Below, piece after piece: positions 37,880-49,800 of a stretch of 64,000 bases of DNA. A model generated the notes under the pieces. The model was not told the DNA's origin and did not search any database. It saw only the letters and a list, made by a program, of their open reading frames with translations. This stretch comes from Macrostomum lignano (taxonomy: Eukaryota): positions 62,001 to 126,000 of the forward strand of contig NIVC01000944.1 of the NCBI GenBank assembly GCA_002269645.1, written 5' to 3'. Position 1 is the first letter of the stretch. Every line of letters starts with the position of its first letter. The position numbers and the translations under genes are program-made.

Positions 37880-40800
37880 ATGGCTGCGGCGATCACCCAG
37901 ATGACCGTCCAGCTGCTGCTGCTGCTCATCCCGGCAGCGCCATTCGCCAGAGCCGCCGGCGCCACAAATGGTATGGGCTGGAGACTAGGCGTAGGGCTAG
38001 TTGCAGTAGCAGCTACCTGCAGACAAGAGTATTGTCTTGCCTTGATTTTTTTGTCAGCTAAAAATCCCGACCTACCATCTACTTGCACTTGGCTTCTCAT
38101 TCCTCAGCTTGCCAGCTCACGCTGTCCATCAGTTGTTCTCTTACCGTGCGTAAATTAACAACTATTTTCAGGTATAAGTTTTTGTTTTGTCTCACCATGT
38201 GACTACCCAGTGCCGCGGCAACCACTGAAGCAGTACCCAGTGCCGCGGCGACCACTGAAGCAGTACCCAGTGCCGCGGCAACCACTGAAGCAGTACCCAG
38301 TGCCGCGGCAACCACTGAAACAGTACCCAGTCCGCCGAGTATAATGCTAGCACAAGAACAAACCCTGAACAAATCCGCAGACAACCAGTGCGCCAACCTG
38401 ACCATCGATACCGACCAGTACCTGTACAACTCGAGCAACCCCGACAGTCCTGTTAACACGGTGGGCAGTCACGTGAACATCACCTGCAAGGCTGGCTGGG
38501 GATTCGTGTTTGAGAACAGCAACCAGTCCAACTGGATGCGGCTGGACTGCCTGGAGGACCAGAGCTGGTCGCTCACCTTCTTCACCGACAACCAGTCCCG
38601 GCCTTGGACCACGCAGGCCACCGAGCTGCTCGACGAGGATCTGAAGCTGCCAATGTGCAAAGGTCAGGGGACTGACTTATGTATTTACTGGTTCATGCAT
38701 TTACTGGTTCAGACATGTACTTGTTCATGCACTTAATGGTTCACGCATTAACTGGTTCACGCATTTACTGGTTCATGCATTTACTGGTTCATGCATTTAC
38801 TGGTTCAGACATGTACTTGTTCATGCACTTAATGGTTCACGCATTAACTGGTTCACGCATTTACTGGTTCATGCATTTACTGGTTCATGCATTTACTGGT
38901 TCATGCATTTACTGGTTCATGCACTTAATGGTTCACGCATTTACTGGTTCAGACATGTACTGGTCCATGCACTTACTGGTTCATGCACTTAATGGTTCAC
39001 GCATTTACTGGTTCATGCATTTACTGGTTCACGCATTTACTGGTTCATGCATTTACTGGTTCACGCATTTACTGGTTCAGACATGTACTGGTCCATGCAC
39101 TTACTGGTTCATGCACTTAATGGTTCACGCATTTACTGGTTCATGCATTTACTGGTTCACGCATTTACTGGTTCATGCACTTAATGGTTCACGCATTTAC
39201 TGGTTCACGCATTTACTGGTTCATGCATTTACTGGTTCAGAAATGTACTGGTTCATGCACTTACTGGTTCACGCATTTACTGGTTCATGCACTTACTGGT
39301 TCACGCATTTACTGGTTCACGCATTTACTGGTTCATGCATTTACTGGTTCATGCACTTACTGGTTCACGCACTTAATGGTTCACGCATTTACTGGTTCAC
39401 GCATTTACTGGTTCAGACATGTACTGGTTCACGCACTTAATGGTTCACGCATTTACTGGTTCACGCATTTACTGGTTCATGCACTTAATGGTTCACGCAT
39501 TTACTGGTTCATGCATTTACTGGTTCACGCACTTAATGGTTCACGCATTTACTGGTTCACGCATTTACTGGTTCAGACATGTACTGGTTCACGCACTTAA
39601 TGGTTCACGCATTTACTGGTTCAGACATGTACTGGTTCATGCACTTAATGGTTCACGCATTTACTGCTTCATGCATTTACTGGTTCACGCATTTACTGGT
39701 TCACGCATTTACTGGTTCACGCATTTACTGGTTCATGCATTTACTGGTTCATGCATTTACTGGTTCACGCATTTACTGGTTCAGACATGTACTGGTTCAT
39801 GCACTTAATGGTTCACGCATTAACTGGTTCACGCATTTACTGGTTCACGCATTTACTGGTTCATGCACTTAATGGTTCACGCATTTACTGGTTCACGCAT
39901 TTACTGGTTCAGACATGTACTGGTTCATGCACTTAATGGTTCATGCATTTACTGGTTCACGCATTTACTGGTTCAGACATGTACTGGTTCATGCACTTAA
40001 TGGTTCACGCATTTACTGGTTCATGCATTTACTGGTTCACGCATTTACTGGTTCACGCATTTACTGGTTCATGCATTTACTGGTTCATGCATTTACTGGT
40101 TCAGACATGTACTGGTTCATGCACTTACTGGTTCACGCATTTACTGGTTCATGCATTTACTGGTTCACGCATTTACTGGTTCATGCACTTACTGGTTCAT
40201 GCACTTAATGGTTCACGCATTTACTGGTTCATGCATTTACTGGTTCACGCATTTACTGGTTCATGCATTTACTGGTTCATGCATTTACTGGTTCACGCAT
40301 TTACTGGTTCAGACATGTACTTGTTCATGCACTTAATGGTTCACGCATTAACTGGTTCACGCATTTACTGGTTCACGCATTTACTGGTTCATGCACTTAA
40401 TGGTTCACGCATTTACTGGTTCATGCATTTACTGGTTCATGCATTTACTGGTTCACGCATTTACTGGTTCAGACATGTACTTGTTCATGCACTTAATGGT
40501 TCACGCATTAACTGGTTCACGCATTTACTGGTTCACGCATTTACTGGTTCATGCACTTAATGGTTCACGCATTTACTGGTTCACGCATTTACTGGTTCAT
40601 GCATGTACTGGTTCATGCATGTACTGGTTCATGCATGTACTGGTTCATGCATGTACTGGTTCATGCATTTACTGGTTCATGCATGTACTGGTTCATGCAT
40701 GTACTGGTTCATGCATTTACTGGTTCATGCATTTACTGGTTCATGTATTTACTGGTTCATGCATTTACTGGTTCATACATTTACTGGTTCATGCATGTAC

Positions 40801-43800
40801 TGGTTCATGCATTTACTGGTTCATGTATTTACTGGTTCATGTATGTACTGGTTCATGCATTTACTGGTTCATGCATTTACTGGTTCATGTATTTACTGGT
40901 TCATGCATGTACTGGTTCATGTATTTACTGGTTCATGCATTTACTGGTTCATGCATTTACTGGTTTATGTATTTACTGGTTCATGCATTTACTGGTTCAT
41001 GCATTTACTGGTTCATGCATTTACTGGTTCATGCATTTACTGGTTCATGCATGTACTGGTTCATGCATTTACTGGTTCATGCATTTACTGGTTCATAAAT
41101 TTACTGGATCACGCATTCCATGGTTCAGGACTTCTGCGGCTGGTTCCGTACACAGCTGCATAGTCTCTACCAAGGTCTACTAGACTAGAAGGACGCAGCA
41201 CTTGCAAATCGTGCAAATATCAAATATATAATATATAATACCTGAAACATCACAAACCTGAAATATCACAAACCCGAAATATTATAACTCCGAAAGTGCT
41301 AGCAATGTCCAACGCTATTTTGGTTTTTGGAGTTATGATATTTCGGCTTTGTGATATTTCGGGTTAATTAACCACTTCGCGCCCAAGCTTGGTTCCGCAA
41401 GATGGCTTAAAAGCCCAAAGGCCTGCAGAGCAGTCCATAGACAAATTTGTCTTTTTTGCTGAATCGAGTGCACACCCTAGAAGCCCAGAAGTAAAGTATA
41501 TCACAGAGTTTTTCAGCTAGCTCCTGTTCAAACCTTCCTACCCACAAATGGCTTTTACGCGGCCGAATAGGACAGCTAAAAGTGACGCCTTGCGTAGACT
41601 GGGACTCGATTCCGATTCGGAAGACGCTTTATCAAGCAATGACTCGACGGTTTTTGAGTCAGAAACGGAGTCGGAAGGCATGGATCCAGAAATTGATCAG
41701 AGCCAAGATGAGGCGACCGCGGAATGGGTTGAAGTAACCCCTGGAAATGACAACTCGTTTGACCACGACGGGGTGCCGGAATTCCGAGGGTTTTTGACCA
41801 TCAATCTAAGCACTGGTCTACCAGAAAATCCAGACGAAAGTATGAAATAATTTTTATCAATCTTCCTGACTGAAGAGTTTCTCACCACCGTCTTGTCACA
41901 TGGACCAATGAGCGAATGTGGTTGGCTGTCAGGGAGTTCCAGCAGGAGAGTGCAGAAATGGCGAGGAAGAGAGCGAGAGTTGTTGTTGAGCTTAGCGGCG
42001 AAGTGCTGGGGAAGGATACCACAAATACACGGACGACTCCCTGCAACGGAAGCCCAGACTCGCCCAAGCAAACGATTCCGAATTTGAAACCTGACGTTCC
42101 AGCTAAGAAGACTTAGCTGGAATTAGTATTTTGCTGCAGCCAATGTCCCGGAAATCCTGGTCTCTGTCCAGATCCATGCTAATTCATCCACGCTTTATTT
42201 CCCCTTTAACATTTCCCATTTGAGTGAAAACACAATAGAAATGCACAATGGACGTCTTTAAATCAGTCATGGCCTGCACAGCAGGCCATACTGGGCACTT
42301 GCTTTAGTGATTGGGAGATGGTTTTTGATGCCATAGACATTTTTCAATCTCTGGGTTTCTGGGCCGTTTCGGTATGGCCTGCAGTGCAGGCCTTTGGCTT
42401 CCAAATGGTTAATTCCATTTCGGATTTGTGATATTTCGGGTTTGTGATATTTCGGGTTTGTGATATTTCGGGTTTGTGATATTTCGGGTTTGTGATATTT
42501 CGGGTTTGTGATATTTCGGGTTTGTGATATTTCGGGTTTGTGATATTTCGTGAAGTGTACATGCCCAACGATAAAAAAGTTAATGCCGCTGTACACTCCT
42601 TTGTGAGTGTGTGCCTGTATGTATGACTACGTTCGTATCCGCGCGCTTGTGTGCCTGCTCAGGGGAGTCGGCAAAATGGGCAGTAATTCCTCTCGCCGAT
42701 TGTGTGACAATGTCGCTTAAAGTGCTCCAGGGTGCACACAGCACACAGGGTTGGCCTAAACAAGCGTGAAACTAACCAATTCATGCTCGATGCTCAGGTC
42801 TTCGCCTTTTGGCATTGGTTTCGTAGGCAATCAGCTCACCAAATCTATCCTCACTTGCAGCCAGCCGGTGCGCCAACGTGACAATCGACCTCGGCCAGTA
42901 TCTGTACAACTCAAGCGACCCAAACGGACTGTCGACGGCATTCGGTAGTCACGTGAACGTCACGTGCAGAATTGGTGCTGGCGCCTACTTTGAGAACAGC
43001 AGCCAGGCCAACTGGATGCGACTCGACTGCGAGGAGGGCAAAGGCTGGTCGAGGACTTTCTTCACCGGGGGTGACTCGCAACCGCAGTCCGTTCAACCAA
43101 CGGAGCTGCTGGGCAGCATCCAGCCTGTGCTGCCCCAGTGCATTCGTGAGTAGATACAAGCCGCATGCCAGCCCCGTCCTCACTCCGTCCTGTCCCAGCT
43201 GTAGGCAACTGGAAACCGGCAAACCCCGGTCGTGTTTTCTTGACGTTGTTTGCGAATGACGTTTCCCAATTAACTCCAAATAACATGGAATGCAGTCAGG
43301 CTGCCGTGTCTTCTTTGACGTTGTTTGGGAATGACGTTTCCCAATTAACTCCAAATAACATGGAATGCAGTCAGGCTGCCGTGTCTTCTTTGACGTTGTT
43401 TGGGAATGACGTTTCCCAATTAACTCCAAATAACATGGAATGCAGTCAGGCTGCCGTGTCTTCTTTGACGTTGTTTGGGAATGACGTTTCCCAATTAACT
43501 CCAAATAACATGGAATGCAGTCAGGCTGCCGTGTCTTCTTTGACGTTGTTTGGGAATGACGTTTCCCAATTAACTCCAAATAACATGGAATGCAGTCAGG
43601 ATGGCGTGTCTTATTGACGCAGATTTTGATACTGTTACAAAAGGCTGATACTTGCACGATCCCTGCTATCTAAAGATTTGTGTGCAAAGGTTTATGACAA
43701 GACCCTTGTGTAACCTGAGTCTGTAGAGGTAAAGATAAATTTATTTAACCACATTTTTTTCTTGTCTACTTTTTGAGTGCACCATCCCCTGAAACAGTCG

Positions 43801-46800
43801 TTTTTATCATCAACGTACCTAGCATTTGGATTTCTTGGAATGTGCTGATGTTGTGAGAGTATGTTGTCTATTTTAGAGTGCACAATGTCTTTCAAAAAGC
43901 TAAGAGCTAATAACCCCTGCTTTGAAGACATTCCAACGATTTGGTGCCAGCCCATGCCGCAGTACGATTCAAGTCACGTGTACCGGCTCACGAACGCCGG
44001 CCTGAACTCCAGCGTCAACTTCTCGGTCGATGCTACGCTCGAAGTGACCTGCGCCAACAGCCAGCAGGAGTTCTACCGCAAGAGCGAAGTCGGCTCTAGG
44101 CGAGCAGAGCTGCTGTGCACCCCGGCCGGCACCTGGAACCTCACCATCTATTCTCTAGGCCAGCCATCGGTCGTTCAGGAGCGCAGGAACTTCAGCACAG
44201 ATGATGTTGTTGCTGTGCCGCGTTGCACAGGTATGCATAGCAGGGGTTGCAGAAGTTCTTGCCCGGTTACTTCGTCTGAGTTATTATCTACAGTCGGTCA
44301 TTTCGTCCAATAGGTGGCAAAGTTCGTCCCATCCTCATTTGTCTCGGGCCAAGCACCCGTCAATCTAGGAGCTGGTGTTTGTTATAATAATTTCAATTGT
44401 TTCTTTCCATTGCTACTCATGGAATTTAAAATCATGCCACATCTGACGTACTGTCTCGGATTACGGATGCTGCCCGAAAGAAATATGAGTATCTTCTACT
44501 CAGAAAACGCCTCAAATCCTAAGGTATTTATATACTTAAGGATGACAACTAACCATTTCGCAGACCGAATCTGCTGGCTGGACCCGGCGCAGCCCGGCCC
44601 GCAGTCCCGTCTTGTCTCGACAGCTCCGTCGGCCAACAGAACGGAGGTGACGGCGGGCTTCACCGCGCGGTTTCGCTGCCTCAGCGGCTACAAGGGCGGG
44701 CGGTTTGACAAGGAGATCAGCAGCGTGTGCCAGGCGCAGATGGACGCGATCAATAAGTAAGAAAATGGACCTTCCAGCTGCCATGCCCCCAGAACGCATT
44801 TAAAGAGCACACATTTTTAACTGCCTTTGAAACCTGCAGCCGCGAAGTGATGTCATGGTCACAGGACGACAACTTCACCGCCGGTTCCGACCCGAACATA
44901 TGCCTGCGTGAGTGTCTATTTTGCAGTCGAGTATCTTGACGTGGGCCTTCTATTGACCTACTTTATCTCTCCTAAAACACTGCAGACCAGTCCTTCTACC
45001 GCGGCTGCTTCTCCTGGCAAGAAATCCAGGACAGACTGAACGGCTCCAGCGCCCACCTCATGGACAACTTGACGCAACCGATTTCCGTCAGTGCTTGCAG
45101 GAGCACCTGCTATTACAAGAGTTTTCAGTTGGCTGCGGCGAAGCCCGCCAGCTGCTACTGCTTCAACCGCAGCAGCTCGGCGGGGAGCTTTGGCCCCAAT
45201 GAGACAGTTCCGTTCGTGCTCAGCAAGGCTGAACTGGAAGACCGGAACTTTCGCTGCCTGTCGGAGTGCGCCGAGTTGGAGCTCTGCGGCGGCGAGGCCA
45301 CGGACGAAAGCGGAGCCTTGGGCTTCTTGTCCGTCTATGATGCGTTCGGTAGGCACTGAGCTGCTCTTTACTCGCTTTAGGGTTACCCGGCCAGCATATG
45401 GGGGTTGAGGTTGGTGCACCCGGCCAGCATATGGGGGTTGAGGTTGGTGCACCCGGCCAGCATATGGGGGTTGAGGTTGGTGCACCCGGTCAGCATATGG
45501 GGGTTGGGGTTGGTGCACCCGGCCAGCATATGCGGGTTGGGGTTGGTGCACCCGGCCAGCATATGGGGGTTGGGGTTGGTGCACCCGGCCAGCATATGGG
45601 GGTTGGGGTTGGTGCACCCGGCCAGCATATGGGGGTTGGGGTTGGTGCACCCGGCCAGCATATGGGGGTTGGGGTTGGTGCACCCGGCCAGCATATGGGG
45701 GTTGGGGTTGGTGCACCCGGCCAGCATATGGGGGTTGGGGTTGGTGCACCCGGCCAGCATATGGGGGTAGAGGATAATGATAATCCATCATTGTAAAGTG
45801 ATTTCTTACAGCTAGTGTTATCAAAATGTTTAGAAACTAACTGCGGTTTCTTCGAATGCCAAGACAGCTTATCAAACTTTGATTCCAGGCACCAAGTGCA
45901 CAAACCTGTTTATCGACAACACAAAGTACCGCTTCGTATCGAGCGATCCCACCGGGCCCCTGTCAGCCGTTGGCAGCCACGTGAACGTCACATGCAAAAA
46001 AGGGAGCGGGTTCTACTTTAACAATGAGAACAGGTCCAACTGGATGCGACTCGACTGTCTGGAGGGCAAAGGCTGGTCGAGGACCTTCTTCACGGAGGGC
46101 GACACCAGGCCGCAGTCCGTTCAGCCACCGGAGCTGCTGGGCAACGTCCAGCCTGTGCTGCCCCAGTGCATTCGTGAGTGATGCATCCTGCCTTTGACTC
46201 CCGTAAATCATCTTTATCCGGCATTTTCAGTCGTTTCGCATTGGGAGATGTTTTCATTGTACTTTACTGCTTTCTGTTAGCTGAGACCGGGCCGCATTCT
46301 CAGCTTCTGCTTGTTTGAGCACTTTCATTGGTTGACTGTGATGTTTAAGCTTGATCACTTCAGCGCCTACAGATTTAACCAGAGTCTTAACTGGGTGTTG
46401 CTTCGGATTGATGAATGGAGACGGCTCATCCGCTGCTTAAATCAATTTACCTGGACATTTCAGCCCACCGGTGTGCTGAGTTCGATTCGAGCTCCATGAA
46501 TGAAACCAGCGCTGACCTGGGCGTCCTGGACCAGAAGAACTCTTACAACGCCAACGTAACTTACAGCTGCAACAGCCCAACCGTCGGCTATCGGATTTCG
46601 GGCGTGCCAAATGGCCTGGTCAACTATGCGAACCTGACGTGCACTTTTGATGGCTGGCTGGTGACGTTTTGGAGCGTCGGCAACGGCCCCGACACCACGC
46701 TGTCGCCGCAGATCATCGCGGAGCCGAGTCTCGAGTGCGAAGGCAAGGAACTTGACTTAGCGGCCTGCTTTCTACTTTCAGTTCCTGTTTTCTGGGCTCA

Positions 46801-49800
46801 ATGATTGTTTTCTGTACTATTGCTTACTAGAGTGCTGATTGGTGTGCTGATTGGTGTGTGCTGATTAGTGTGCTGATTAGTTTGTGCTGATTAGTTTGTG
46901 CTGATTAGTGTGTGCTGATTGGTGTGCTGATTGGTGTGCTGATTAGGGTGTGCTGATTAGGGTGTGCTGATTAGTGTGCTGATTAGTGTGCTGATTAGTG
47001 TGCTGATTGGTGTGTGCTGATTGGTGTGCTGATTAGTGTGCTGATTAGTGTGCTGATTGGTGTGTGCTGATTGGTGTGCTGATTAGTGTGCTGATTAGTG
47101 TGCTGATTGGTGTGTGCTGATTGGTGTGCTGATTAGTGTGCTGATTAGTGTGTGCTGATTGGTGTGCTGATTGGTGTGCTGATTAGTGTGCTGATTAGTG
47201 TGCTGATTAGTGTGCTGATTTGTGTGCTGATTGGTGTGCTGATTAGTGTGCTGATTAGTGTGCTGATTAGTGTGCTGATTTGTGTGCTGATTTGTGTGCT
47301 GATTAGGGTGTGCTGATTGGTGTGCTGATTAGTGTGTGCTGATTAGGGTGTGCTGATTAGTGTGTGCTGATTAGTGTGTGCTGATTGGTGTGCTGATTGG
47401 TGTGCGGATTAGTGTGTGCTGATTAGTGTGTGCTGATTAGGGTGTGCTGATTAGGGTGTGCTGATTGGTGTGCTGGTTAGTGTGCTGGTTAGTGTGCTGT
47501 TTGGTGTGCTGGTTAGTGTGCTGATTGGTGTGCTGATTAGTGTACTGATTGATGTGCTGATTAGTGTGCTGATTGGTGTGCTGATTAGTGTGCTGATTGG
47601 TGTGCTGATTAGTGTGCTGATTGGTGTGCTGATTGGTGTGCTGATTAGTGTGCTGATTGGTGTGCTGATTAGTGTGCTGATTAGTGTGCTGATTGGTGTG
47701 CTGATTGGTGTGCTGATTAGTGTGCTGATTGGTGTGCTGATTAGTGTTCTGATTAGTGTGCTGATTGGTGTGCTGATTAGTGTGCTGATTGGTGTGCTGA
47801 TTAGTGTGCTGATTGGTGTGCTGATTGGTGTGCTGATTAGTGTGCTGATTGGTGTGCTGATTAGTGTGCTGATTGGTGTGCTGATTAGTGTGCTGATTGG
47901 TGTGCTGATTGGTGTGCTGATTAGTGTGCTGATTGGTGTGCTGATTGGTGTGCTGATTAGTGTGCTGATTAGTGTGCTGATTAGTGTGCTGATTAATGTG
48001 CTGATTAGTGTGCTGATTAGTGTGCTGATTAGTGTGCTGATTAGTGTGCTGATTAATGTGCTGATTAGTACGCGGAACTTTGAGCGAGAAAAGCATGAAA
48101 ACTGCGTATTTTCACGTGTGCAAATTTAGTGCCGCAGTGACTCAGAACCCGCCCCACCTGTTCCAGTGATCACGTGTCCCCAGGAGCCGCAGTTCGACCC
48201 CACGCACTCGTACGCGATACTGAACCCGGGCCTGAACTCCACCTTCAACTTCACGACCGGAGCGACCATAGAGGTGAACTGCTCGAACCCGAACTTAGAT
48301 TTCTACAGGCCGTGGCCCTCTGTCTTCGGTTCAGCGCGAGCTAGGCTGGTGTGCACCTCTGGTGGTACCTGGAGAGCGACTTACTATGCATTGGATAATA
48401 GGGTTCTAGTGTCAACGCCATTATCGAGCAGCACAGACACTGTCGCGCTCCCCCACTGCGAAGGTAATTATGCCCAACTATAAAAGCAATTTGCAGGGGC
48501 CCTTCTGTGTGCAATACCCAGAATTGACTTCAACTGGATGCAAGCTTTCTATGTAGAGACTGCAGTTTGTATAGAATAAGTAATGATAGTAATTATAATA
48601 ATTGATTACACCTGCCCTAACGGCCAGATGTGCAACCGACAGCTCAGCCTGTTCATTTTAAGGACTGTGGGGTCGCCACACACACCCTCAATTACCCCAG
48701 CTAATGCTGGCACCCATTGTACAGCTGGGTGAACTGAAGCAATGCAGAGTCAGTGTCTTGCTCAAATACAATACAAGGGTACAGTGAATTGGAAAAGCTG
48801 ATAATTTCGTATCTTGTCAATGCATTTGCATAGAAAACTGCAAATTAGCTAACCCGCTTTATTGTCCAGTCTTGAAGTTGAAAAAAATTCATTCAACCGA
48901 GATTCCTCCTCCGCCAGCTCCGCTTTGCTGGACGCAGCACGCGCAGCCGGGCCCACAGTCCTGGCTTATCTCCCCGGCGCCAACAGCTGACAGGCAGGAG
49001 GTCGTTGACGGCTTCTCGGTGCGCTTTCGCTGCCTGAGCGGCTACAAGGGACGGCGATTCGACCAGGAAATCGAAAACGAATGCAGGAACTCGTTTGACT
49101 GGAACAGAAAGTAAGGAAATGTACATTTACTCATAACGTCATCTTTTAGACTGGACACCGGAATAAGCCTTAGCCCGCGTATTTTTATTCAGGATTCGTA
49201 CAATGATTTGGACACAAAACTTTAACTTTACTACTGCAATCGACTTGAACACGTGCCAATGTAAGTACATTGAAATATTCCAGTGCAGTTTGGGATCCGC
49301 GATATAAGATCCGGGATTAAGAATTTGGGATTGGGGATCCGGGATTAAGAATTCAGGATTTGGGATTTGGGATTTATATGTGTCTATTTTACAGATGTCA
49401 TAAACTGTTCGTCCCCTGCCGAAGGAGGGGTGATTTTCCCGCATGGTTAGCAACGACAGGGGTTTAAATAAACAAATAAACAGTTTACACAGAATTAGTA
49501 GTTCGCTACGAGGCGAGGATAGGTTATTCGGTCGGTATTAGTCATTCGGCAAGATTGAGTTGTAGCGATTAGGGAAGGTCAGTCTTGAGTCCTTTTTTTC
49601 TGCTCCTGTATCGCTGTAGGACTACTCCACTCCACCGCTTCACCGCAGACCAGTCCCATTACCCAATCCGCTCCAACGCAGATCAGTCCCATTACCCAAT
49701 CCGCTCCAACTCAGACCAGTCCCATTACCCAATCCGCTCCAACTCAGACCAGTCCCATTACCCAATCCGCTCCAACTCAGACCAGTCCCATTACCCAATC

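Noticed and set aside
38161-38180. ttttcag|gtataag recursive splice site
   Set aside because: The intron is only about 400 nt and the donor match is poor; likely chance.
38679-41183. Many hydrophobic YWFMHLLVH ORFs suggesting membrane proteins
   Set aside because: Translations of a 16-bp intronic repeat.
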